Source: Dehalococcoidia bacterium
GTDB taxonomy: Bacteria; Chloroflexota; Dehalococcoidia; Plut-88900
Assembly (NCBI GenBank): GCA_965207225.1
Contig: CBDBLV010000003.1
Span: forward strand, 192,001-256,000
DNA length: 64,000 bases
Direction of reading: 5' to 3'
Shown here: positions 55,940-64,000 of the stretch, in pieces
Position numbering within the stretch: the stretch's first letter is position 1
How the letters are laid out: each line of letters starts with the position of its first letter
The notes under the pieces: generated by a model
What the model was told of the DNA's origin: nothing
Database searches by the model: none
Seen by the model: the letters and a program-made list of their open reading frames with translations, nothing else
Position numbers and translations under genes: made by a program

Positions 55940-57190
55940 ATGAAGAGCTATTCCCTACTCAACCTGATACGGCATTCCTTCAGCCATCACGAGAACTGGC
56001 CGCGGGTGTGGCGCAGCCCTCAGCCGAACGAACAGTATGATGTGGTGATCGTCGGAGCGGGGGGGCACGGGCTGGCGACGGCCTACTACCTGGCAAAGAA
56101 CCACGGCGTTACCAACGTAGCTGTTGTAGAGAAGGGATACCTGGGCGGGGGGAGTGTGGGGCGCAATACTACTATAGTGCGCTCCAACTACCTTTGGGAC
56201 GAGACCTCATTCCTCTACGAACACGCGATGAAGCTGTGGGAAGGGCTGAGCCAGGAACTCAACTTCAACCTGATGTTCAGCCAGAGAGGCGTTCTCAACC
56301 TCTGCCACAACCTGCAGGAGCTAAGGGACACGGCGCGCCGTGTGAACTCCAACAAGCTCAACGGTATCGACGCGGAGCTTTTGAACACCCGACAGGTGGC
56401 GGAGATAGTACCTATCCTGAACACGTCGCCGAACATACGGTACCCCGTGCTGGGGGCGTCCTACCAGAAGAGGGGTGGCACCGCCCGGCACGATGCCGTG
56501 GCCTGGGGTTACGCCCGTGCCGCCGACGCCCGCGGCGTAGATATCATCCAGCACTGTGAGGTGACGGGCATCCAGGTTGAGAATGGGGAGGTAACGGGTG
56601 TGGATACGACGCGGGGGGTGATAAAGGCGAACAAGGTAGCCCTGGCGGTAGCAGGCAACACCACGGTCCTGGCGGACATGGCCGGGGTCCGGCTCCCGAT
56701 TTCCACGCACCCTCTGCAGGCCCTGGTGTCGGAGCCGATCAAGCCGATAATTGACTCAGTGGTCATGTCGAATGCGGTTCACGCCTATGTGAGCCAGACG
56801 GACAAGGGAGAGCTGATAATCGGGGCGGGAATAGACTCGTACAGCGGGTATGGTATGCGGGGCAGCTACGGCGTGGTGGAGGAGACGATCGAAGCGGTGG
56901 TGGAGATGTTCCCTATATTCAGCCGGCTGCGGCTCCTGAGGCATTGGGGCGGCGCGGTGGACATCTGTCCCGACGCCAGCCCTATTATCGGGAAGACGCC
57001 GGTAAAAGGCCTATACGTGAACTGCGGATGGGGAACGGGCGGATTCAAGTCGACACCGGGGTCGGGGTGGGTTTATGCACACACCATCGCCAACGACCAG
57101 CCCCATGAGCTTAACGCTCCCTTCACCCTGGACAGGTTCGTAACCGGAGAGCTTATTGACGAGCATGGGGCGGCGGCGGTAGCGCACTAA
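55940..57190 (+). CDS. soxB: Heterotetrameric sarcosine oxidase beta subunit
   Basis: [50 protein letters not shown]. Confidence 0.95.
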   Translation: MKSYSLLNLIRHSFSHHENWPRVWRSPQPNEQYDVVIVGAGGHGLATAYYLAKNHGVTNVAVVEKGYLGGGSVGRNTTIVRSNYLWDETSFLYEHAMKLWEGLSQELNFNLMFSQRGVLNLCHNLQELRDTARRVNSNKLNGIDAELLNTRQVAEIVPILNTSPNIRYPVLGASYQKRGGTARHDAVAWGYARAADARGVDIIQHCEVTGIQVENGEVTGVDTTRGVIKANKVALAVAGNTTVLADMAGVRLPISTHPLQALVSEPIKPIIDSVVMSNAVHAYVSQTDKGELIIGAGIDSYSGYGMRGSYGVVEETIEAVVEMFPIFSRLRLLRHWGGAVDICPDASPIIGKTPVKGLYVNCGWGTGGFKSTPGSGWVYAHTIANDQPHELNAPFTLDRFVTGELIDEHGAAAVAH

Positions 57191-57201
57191 GTACAAAGAA
57201 G

Positions 57202-57489
57202 ATGCTCTACATCGATTGTCCATATTGCGGGCCTCGGGAGGAGACCGAGTTCTCCTATGGCGGCGAGGCGCACATAGTCCGGCCACTGAAACCGGAAGAT
57301 CTCTCTGACGAGGAGTGGGCCCACTACCTGTTCGGGCAGACGAACACCAGTGGTATTTACCGAGAGCGATGGGTGCACACCGCCGGATGCCGACGCTGGT
57401 TCAACGCCGAACGGAATACGGTCACCTACGAGATTAAGTCGATATACAAGGCCGGAGAGAAGCCTCCGGGGTTGGACGGTGAGAGTTAG
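57202..57489 (+). CDS. soxD: Sarcosine oxidase delta subunit
   Basis: CPYCG.REE.EF.YGGEAH, W.H..GCRRWF. Confidence 0.95.
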   Translation: MLYIDCPYCGPREETEFSYGGEAHIVRPLKPEDLSDEEWAHYLFGQTNTSGIYRERWVHTAGCRRWFNAERNTVTYEIKSIYKAGEKPPGLDGES

Positions 57490-57490
57490 G

Positions 57491-60400
57491 ATGGTGAGGA
57501 AAGGGCAGAGATTCCGGCTGGAGACGGGTGGTCGAGTAGACCGTAGCAGGCCGTTGAGGTTCACTTTCAACAGTCGGGAATACGGCGGCTATGAAGGAGA
57601 TACCGCGGCGTCGGCGCTGCTGGCGAACGGGGTACACCTGGTGGGGCGGAGCTTCAAGTACCACCGTCCGAGGGGGATCGTGGGGTCGGGGTTGGAGGAG
57701 CCGAACGCGCTTCTGCAGGTCGGGACGGGAGCCCGGACGACACCCAACCTCCGGGCCACGGAAGTCCAGTTGACCGATGGGATGGTCCTTAAAAGCGTCA
57801 ACTGCTGGCCCAGCGCGAACCGGGACATAGCGGCGATAAACAGCAAGCTCGCCCGGTTCCTGCCGCCCGGCTTCTACTACAAGACCTTCATGTGGCCTCG
57901 CAGCATGTGGAAGACCTACGAAGGGTTCATCCGCAGGATAGCGGGTCTGGGTGAGTCGCCGCGGGAGCCCGACCCGGACGTCTACGACCGGATGAATGCG
58001 CATTGTGACGTGCTGGTGGTCGGGGGAGGGGCGGCGGGGCTGGCGGCGGCGCTGGAGGCAGGAGCCACAGGGGCCCGGGTCATCCTGGCGGATGATGGCG
58101 CTGAGTTTGGGGGGAAGCTGTTATCGGAACGGCGCACCATCGACGGGCTGCCGGCCATGGAGTGGGTTAAGGTTGCGGTGGGGCGGCTATCGGAGATGGA
58201 GGACGTGAACCTGATGACCCGAAGCTCTGTCTTCGGGTACTACGACCACAACTTCCTGACCATTGCCCAATCATTCACGCCGGAGCAGGCGGCATCCCAT
58301 GCTCACCACCCCGACCAGCGCATCTGGCGGGTCAGGGCCAGGGAGGTGGTGCTTGCCGCGGGCGCCTTCGAACGGCCCCTGATATTCCCCAACAATGACG
58401 TGCCGGGTGTGATGCTTGCGTCCGCGGTGTCCAGCTACATCAACCGGTATGCGGTGTTGCCGGGCCGTAGGGTCGTGCTGTTCACGAACAATGACAATGC
58501 CTACAGAGCAGCGCTGGACCTGGCAGAAGCGGGGGCGGAAATCAAGGCCGTTATCGACCTGCGCTCCAATCCCCAGGGCGAGCTCCCGGCCAAGGTGCGT
58601 GACCTCGGGGTACGGGTGATGGGGGGCCATACGGTGGTGGACGTTAAGGGTGTGAAGAGGGTCAAGGGTGTCGTGGCGATGGCGCTGAATGAGAGGGGCG
58701 ACAGGGTGCGGGGAGAAGCTGAGAAGATAGACTGTGACCTGCTGGCCGTGTCCGGGGGCTGGAACCCCGCAGTCCATTTGCATTCGCAGTCGGGAGGGAA
58801 AACGCATTTTAACGAAGAGCTGGGAACGTTCGTGCCCGGGGAGCCGGCTCAGCATGAGCGCAGTGCGGGAGCATGCGCAGGCGCTTTCGATCTGGGAGCG
58901 TGCTTACGGGGTGGCATGGCAGCGGGGGCAGACGCGGCAAGGGCGGCGGGGTTCGGGGACATTGGAGTGCAGAACGAGGCGCCCACCGCAGATGACGTGG
59001 AAGAGGAGCCTTCGAGGACCGTGTGGCTGGCACCCTCCCGCAAGGACCTGATTCACGAGCACAAGCAGTTCATAGACTTGCAGGAGGACGTGAGCGCAGG
59101 GGACGTGGCTCTGGCCGCCAAGGAGGGGTACGACTCTGTTCCGCTGCTGAACCGGTACACGACACTGGGATTCGGGACGGACCAGGGGAAGATGGGCAAC
59201 GTCATCGGGGCGGGGGTTCTCGCCCAGTTCTTAGGCAAGGACATCGCCGAGGTGGGAAGCGTCACCTTCCGACAGCCCTATGCCCCCGTAACATTCGGGG
59301 CGATTGCGGGTGGGGAGGTGGGGGAGATGCTGGATCCCGTGCGGAAGACGGCGATTCATCCCTGGCATGCGGCCAACGGGGCGCTGTTCGAGAATGTGGG
59401 GCAGTGGAAGAGGCCCTGGTACTACCCGGAGGCCGGGGAGTCGATGCAGGAATCGCTGGACCGGGAGTGCCTTGCCGCCCGACAGGCGGTATCCCTTTTG
59501 GACCAGTCTACGCTGGGCAAAATAGACGTCCGGGGCCCGGACGCCGCCGAGTTCCTTAACCGGATGTATTCCAACAATTGGCTGAAGCTCGGAGAGGGCC
59601 GGGCGAGGTACGGCCTGATGCTTGGCGAGGACGGGATGGTGATGGACGACGGCGTCTCCTCCCGCCTTGCTCCCGACCACTTCCACATGTTCACCACCAC
59701 GGGCGGAGCTGCCAACGTCATGGCCTGGCTTGAACAGTGGCTGCAGACGGAATGGCCGGAGCTGAAGGTCTACCTCACGTCGGTGACGGACCAGTGGGCG
59801 ACAATGTCGGTGGTCGGGCCCAAGGCCCGGGACACGGTGGCCAAGGTTTGCAACGACATCGACTTCTCCCAGGACGGTTTCAAGTTCCTGTCGTTTCAGG
59901 AGGGGACCGTGGCAGGGGTCCCGGCGCGCGTCTACCGCATCAGCTTCAGCGGGGAACTCACCTTTGAGATCAACGTTCCTGCAGACTACGGGTTGCACGT
60001 CTGGGAGTCGGTGATGGAGGCGGGGGCGGAGTTCGGGATCACGCCCTACGGCACAGAGAGCATGCACGTCCTCAGGGCGGAGAAGGCGTTCATCATAGTT
60101 GGGCAGGATACGGACGGGACGGTGACGCCCAACGACCTGGGTCTGGACTGGCTGGTGTCGGAGCGGAAGGACTTTCTAGGCAAGAGGTCTCTGAGCAGGC
60201 CCGACATCGTGAGGGAAGACAGGAAGCAGCTGGTAGGCTTGAAGTCGGAGTACCCGGTGCGGATGATCCCGGACGGGTCTCAGATAGTGGAGGACCCGAG
60301 GGGCCAGATACCGATAAAGATGATAGGCCACGTGACGTCCAGCTACTACAGTGCCTCATTGGGGCACCCGATTGCACTGGCGCTGGTGAAGGGGGGTAGG

Positions 60401-60511
60401 GCGCGGATGGGGCAAAGGGTCTACATACCACTCCACGATGGCAATTCCATAACCACCAGGGTCACCGACCCCGTGTTCTACGACCCGAATAACGAGCGCC
60501 AGAATGTCTAG
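57491..60511 (+). CDS. soxA: Sarcosine oxidase alpha subunit
   Basis: GDT.ASALLANG, RSFKYHRPRG, DQGK, STLGKI, GcvT-like C-terminal folate domain. Confidence 0.95.
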   Translation: MVRKGQRFRLETGGRVDRSRPLRFTFNSREYGGYEGDTAASALLANGVHLVGRSFKYHRPRGIVGSGLEEPNALLQVGTGARTTPNLRATEVQLTDGMVLKSVNCWPSANRDIAAINSKLARFLPPGFYYKTFMWPRSMWKTYEGFIRRIAGLGESPREPDPDVYDRMNAHCDVLVVGGGAAGLAAALEAGATGARVILADDGAEFGGKLLSERRTIDGLPAMEWVKVAVGRLSEMEDVNLMTRSSVFGYYDHNFLTIAQSFTPEQAASHAHHPDQRIWRVRAREVVLAAGAFERPLIFPNNDVPGVMLASAVSSYINRYAVLPGRRVVLFTNNDNAYRAALDLAEAGAEIKAVIDLRSNPQGELPAKVRDLGVRVMGGHTVVDVKGVKRVKGVVAMALNERGDRVRGEAEKIDCDLLAVSGGWNPAVHLHSQSGGKTHFNEELGTFVPGEPAQHERSAGACAGAFDLGACLRGGMAAGADAARAAGFGDIGVQNEAPTADDVEEEPSRTVWLAPSRKDLIHEHKQFIDLQEDVSAGDVALAAKEGYDSVPLLNRYTTLGFGTDQGKMGNVIGAGVLAQFLGKDIAEVGSVTFRQPYAPVTFGAIAGGEVGEMLDPVRKTAIHPWHAANGALFENVGQWKRPWYYPEAGESMQESLDRECLAARQAVSLLDQSTLGKIDVRGPDAAEFLNRMYSNNWLKLGEGRARYGLMLGEDGMVMDDGVSSRLAPDHFHMFTTTGGAANVMAWLEQWLQTEWPELKVYLTSVTDQWATMSVVGPKARDTVAKVCNDIDFSQDGFKFLSFQEGTVAGVPARVYRISFSGELTFEINVPADYGLHVWESVMEAGAEFGITPYGTESMHVLRAEKAFIIVGQDTDGTVTPNDLGLDWLVSERKDFLGKRSLSRPDIVREDRKQLVGLKSEYPVRMIPDGSQIVEDPRGQIPIKMIGHVTSSYYSASLGHPIALALVKGGRARMGQRVYIPLHDGNSITTRVTDPVFYDPNNERQNV

Positions 60512-61124
60512 CGAGTCCACAGAAATGCGTCGGGGCTCTCCTCTGGTGGAGTTCCTGGCGGAACACCCGCCCGTCGAGCATGATGCATCGCGCGGTGTTG
60601 AGATGTGCGAGTTGGCCTTTTGGGGCCACGTGAACCTGAGGGGAGACTCGGGGGACGAGGCGTTCCAGGGAGGGGTGGAAAAGGCGGTCGGGGCGCGGGT
60701 CCCGACCACGCCGAACACCGTGGCCCGGGCCGGAGAGCGGGCTATAGTCTGGTTGGGCCCCGATGAGTGGCTGGTGGTCTCTTCGCCGGAGAGCAGGGAG
60801 GGTGTAGGCGACGGGCTGGAAGAGGCGCTTTCAGGGCTTCACGTTGCGGTTAACGACATATCGAGCGGGCAGACGATAATAAGGCTGCGGGGGCCACGGG
60901 CGCGGGACTTGTTAAGCAAGGGGTGCCCGCTGGACCTTCATCCCCGGGTGTTTGGGCCCGGGCAGTGCGCCCAGAGCCATATCGGAAAGTCGAACGCCCT
61001 AATCATCCAGGTTGATGATGTGCCAACGTATGACGTCATAGTCAGGCGCAGCTTCGCGGACTACCTGGCACGATGGATGCTTCATTCGGGCATGGAGTAC
61101 GATATCGCCGTAGTATCCGGCTAG
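60504..61124 (+). CDS. soxG: Sarcosine oxidase gamma subunit
   Basis: NLRG, WLGPDEWL, KGCPLDLHP..F, RRSFADY. Confidence 0.92.
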   Translation: MSSESTEMRRGSPLVEFLAEHPPVEHDASRGVEMCELAFWGHVNLRGDSGDEAFQGGVEKAVGARVPTTPNTVARAGERAIVWLGPDEWLVVSSPESREGVGDGLEEALSGLHVAVNDISSGQTIIRLRGPRARDLLSKGCPLDLHPRVFGPGQCAQSHIGKSNALIIQVDDVPTYDVIVRRSFADYLARWMLHSGMEYDIAVVSG

Positions 61125-61151
61125 AAACGGGAGAGGGGCCACGGGGCCCGC

Positions 61152-62021
61152 ATGAAGATAATCGACATCCTCGCTGAGCGGCCCACCCTCTCTTTCGAGT
61201 TCTTCCCGCCAAAGACAGACGCCGGAATCGCATCCCTTTTCAGAGCCATTGGCCGACTCAAGACGCACGCGCCCGATTACGTGTCCGTGACGTACGGGGC
61301 GGGGGGTTCGACGAAGGCGCTGACCGAAGAGCTGGCGGTGCGGATCAAGGACGAGGAGGGACTGCTGGTGATGGCCCACGTCACCTGCTCGGCGCAGTCC
61401 AAAGACGAGATCCACCAGGTGCTGGCACGATATGAAGGGAGGGGAATCGAGAACGTCATTGCCTTGAGGGGCGATCCTCCTCGGGGGGAGGCTGCGTTCT
61501 CGGCGCGGGAGGATGGGTTTGGCCATGCGACGGACCTGCTGAGGCACATCAAGGGCAGCTTCAAGTTCGGGCTGGCGGCGGCGTGCTACCCGGAAGGCCA
61601 TTCAGAGGCCCCGGACCTGGGCTCGGAAATCGAATACGTGAAGCAGAAGGTTGACGAGGGCGCGGAGTTCCTGATTACGCAGCTCTTCTACGACAACTCG
61701 GACTTCTACAGGTTCCGGGACCTGGCAAGGGCGTCGGGGGTGGGAGTGCCGATCGTGGCGGGGGTGCTGCCTATACTGAGCGGGCCTCAGATAAGGCGGT
61801 TCACGGCGTTGTGCGGGGCGTCGATTCCCCGGGAGATAGATGAACGGCTGGAGCAGCTAGGAGATGATGACGAGTCGGTGCGGGAGCTGGGGATAGAGGT
61901 TGCGTCCGCCCAGATTGCGGACTTGAGGGAGAACGGGGTGGAGGGAATTCACTTCTATGCACTGAACCGGTCTTACTCGATTGGGAAGATATTGGGGAAT
62001 CTGGGGGTTGGGGGCAGCTAG
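61152..62021 (+). CDS. metF: 5,10-methylenetetrahydrofolate reductase
   Basis: SFEFFPPKT, SVTYGAGGS, ALRGDPP, YPEGH, ITQLFYD, HFY.LN. Confidence 0.95.
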   Translation: MKIIDILAERPTLSFEFFPPKTDAGIASLFRAIGRLKTHAPDYVSVTYGAGGSTKALTEELAVRIKDEEGLLVMAHVTCSAQSKDEIHQVLARYEGRGIENVIALRGDPPRGEAAFSAREDGFGHATDLLRHIKGSFKFGLAAACYPEGHSEAPDLGSEIEYVKQKVDEGAEFLITQLFYDNSDFYRFRDLARASGVGVPIVAGVLPILSGPQIRRFTALCGASIPREIDERLEQLGDDDESVRELGIEVASAQIADLRENGVEGIHFYALNRSYSIGKILGNLGVGGS

Positions 62022-62082
62022 TCGGGGGTGAGTGGCCAAGTCCCAGATTCCTCGCAGGGCATCGGAATGGCAGGGGGAGGGG

Positions 62083-63231
62083 TCAGCCGGTGGGATGGAG
62101 GCGTTTGATTGCATGGCGGAGGGAGTCGGCGAACTGGGAGACCTGCCAGCGTCGGACATCGGGGGAGTTGAGTTCTCGGTCGAGGGTGGAGGGGGCGCGG
62201 GCGAGGCGGTCCAGGCTGTCGGCGGGCCAGATTAGGGACTGGTCGAGGGATAGGCGCTTTCCGTGGCCGGAGCGCCAGGCCTTCAGCTGTTTCATGTTGT
62301 CCATCTGCCCGTGGGAGGGTCTCGGGGGGGAGGGTTTTCGGAAGTCTCGGCGATCCACGGGTCTGGCTCCCTTGCCTCGGGCCACGGCCCTGGCGATGGC
62401 CTTGCCGTAACGCCGGGCCCCGTAAGGCCCGATGCCCGAGACGGACTTGAGGTCCAGAGTCGGGTCCTGGGCGATGGCGACGAGGGCCTTGTCGGGCATT
62501 ACGCGGAAGGTGGGGCGTCCGATCTTCAGGGCGGCGGACTCCCGAAAGAGGGCCAGCTCCCGGAGGATGGCGAGGCCCCGGCCATCCAGCCCCGAGTTGC
62601 CTTTGATGGAGATGAATGACTTCTCGGGGGGGTCTGGTGGGGAGTAACGGACGTCTTCAATGCGGCGGCACTCCTCCTCGACCCATGCTGAGCGGCCGAG
62701 GGCGTCGGTGCGGCGGACAAGCTCGTCCATGAGGCGCTTGAGGTGGAGGACGTCGGAGGCGGCGTATTCGAGGGCTTCGTCGGACAGGGGCCTGAGGCCC
62801 CAGTCGGCGCGCTGGAGTCGCTTGTCCTTGGCCAGCTTGAGCCCGAGGACCTCCTCGGCGACGTTGCCGAGACCCAGCTTCTCCAAACCGAGGAACCGGG
62901 CGCCGATGGAGGTGTCGTAGAGGTTGACGATGTTGAGGCCCCACTCCTTGTCGAGGGTGCGGATGTCGTTGTCGCCGCTATGGAGGATCTTCCTGATGGA
63001 AGGGTCGCGGAGGATGAGGCCGAGGGAGTCGGGGGTGTCAACGGCGAGGGGGTCGACCAGGTAGCAGCCAGTGTCGGTGGCAAGCTGGACGAGGCAGACC
63101 TGGTCGGGGTAGCGGAAGAAGCCGTTGGACTCGGTGTCCACGCTGACGAAGGGGCTGCGGAGGACCTCGGTTGTGACACGCTGCAGGGCGTCGGGGTCTG
63201 CGATGTATTGGATCTGGGGGCCGGGCGGCAT
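62083..63231 (-). CDS. rnd: Ribonuclease D (3'-5' exonuclease plus HRDC)
   Basis: VDTE, CLVQ, K.LH..D.D, DT, DW..RPLS..YAA.D, HRDC domains. Confidence 0.9.
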   Translation of the reverse strand: MPPGPQIQYIADPDALQRVTTEVLRSPFVSVDTESNGFFRYPDQVCLVQLATDTGCYLVDPLAVDTPDSLGLILRDPSIRKILHSGDNDIRTLDKEWGLNIVNLYDTSIGARFLGLEKLGLGNVAEEVLGLKLAKDKRLQRADWGLRPLSDEALEYAASDVLHLKRLMDELVRRTDALGRSAWVEEECRRIEDVRYSPPDPPEKSFISIKGNSGLDGRGLAILRELALFRESAALKIGRPTFRVMPDKALVAIAQDPTLDLKSVSGIGPYGARRYGKAIARAVARGKGARPVDRRDFRKPSPPRPSHGQMDNMKQLKAWRSGHGKRLSLDQSLIWPADSLDRLARAPSTLDRELNSPDVRRWQVSQFADSLRHAIKRLHPTG

Positions 63232-63283
63232 GTCAGCAATTCTAGGGCATGGGGCAAGACCTTGGGTTTCGGGACGACTGCTC

Positions 63284-63337
63284 CTTTGATTGAACTTTGA
63301 TTGAACTTTGATTGAACTCGTAGCTGGTTTGATTGAA
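63284..63337. repeat. Phased direct repeat TTTGATTGAA x4
   Basis: Copies start at 63285, 63296, 63307 and 63328. Confidence 0.85.
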
Positions 63338-63389
63338 TGACGCCTAGAGTAGAAAACCAGGGGCGTGGTGCATTTTGGGTGGGCCGGAG

Positions 63390-63780
63390 GGGAACCCTCA
63401 CCCCCTTTGTCCCCCTCTCCCCCTCGAGGGACTCGGGGCAGGCTCTTATGGCCATTAAGGGAGAGGGGGAGAGAAAAACAGAGGGAGCCGTTGGCGCGCC
63501 TGCGCCAACGGCTCCCTCTAGTTTGGTACTGGTGGAAAGGGAGGGGATGGCGTGAGTTGCGAAATCGCAGGTGATTGTTCCGGAGGGATGGGTTCCTGCC
63601 TCCGCAGGAATGACGGAGGGGGAGGGGGTGGGAATAACTGTCGAGGCATGACGTCGGGTGTGGGCCGTCTCCCGCTCCGTGGAGGGGACACCACCCCGTT
63701 CCGCTCTTGAGACCCTTCGACTCCGCTCAGGGCGAGCGGAACCCCCACCCATAGGTTCCCGATCGGGGTCGGGAATGAGG
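63390..63780. repeat. Large repeat cluster with composite repeat copy 3 and several REP-like palindromes
   Basis: 18-bp perfect stem 63480-63519; GGTTCCTGCCTCCGCAGGAATGAC (63591-63614); CCCTTCGACTCCGCTCAGGG; TTCCCGATCGGGGTCGGGAATGA. Confidence 0.8.
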
Positions 63781-64000
63781 GATAGGGGGGAGGTGAGAAA
63801 GAAGTAGGCGATGGAAGGACCATGACCAGGGCGCAGGGGCCGGGGGGCCAGCCTGCGCCAGACCCACATGTCGCCAGGGCTGGAGTTAAGCTCCGGCCCG
63901 TGCGTATGCGGGAGACGCTCTACCATTCGGAGGGATGGGAGCGCAGACTCTTTACCGTCTCTGGGTGAATGGGAATCTCCGAGAGGAGAGACAGCGGAGT

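Noticed and set aside
62526-63926. 466-aa minus-strand ORF
   Set aside because: It is made of translated REP elements and overlaps rnd out of frame.

Overview
A 64-kb, GC-rich, gene-dense chromosomal segment with no rRNA, tRNA, CRISPR array or transposase that I can see. The mix of amidohydrolases, an LLM oxidoreductase, a CoA-transferase III, an F420/PPOX protein, an enolase-superfamily dehydratase, MFS paralogs and apparently leaderless genes suggests Chloroflexota (Dehalococcoidia/SAR202-like); this is an inference. Recognisable blocks are lipA-lpdA-pdhABC, a znuACB-type zinc importer, an AapJQMP-type amino-acid ABC transporter, a ribA::ribD-C / dehydrogenase / PTPS / glycosyltransferase / methyltransferase cluster, two type II toxin-antitoxin modules (one frameshifted in both genes), an Lhr helicase, soxBDAG-metF and rnd. 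Six observations stand out. (1) A stand-alone 73-aa His/Asp/Glu/Cys peptide built from four HDxHECDxHEHH motifs lies between a His-hyper-repeat ZnuA operon and a truncated CDF exporter, and looks like a candidate metal-storage system. (2) A hidden ~200-nt minus-strand transcript has a perfect 15-nt Shine-Dalgarno, a 14-codon ORF and a three-way-junction terminator. (3) A dispersed repeat has conserved flanks but an internal hairpin of different sequence in each of three copies. (4) A structured leader that is not an FMN riboswitch precedes the ribA cluster. (5) A tandem PLP fold-III pair includes one member lacking the Schiff-base lysine. (6) One protein fuses three Rid domains. All calls come from reading the sequence; no searches were run.
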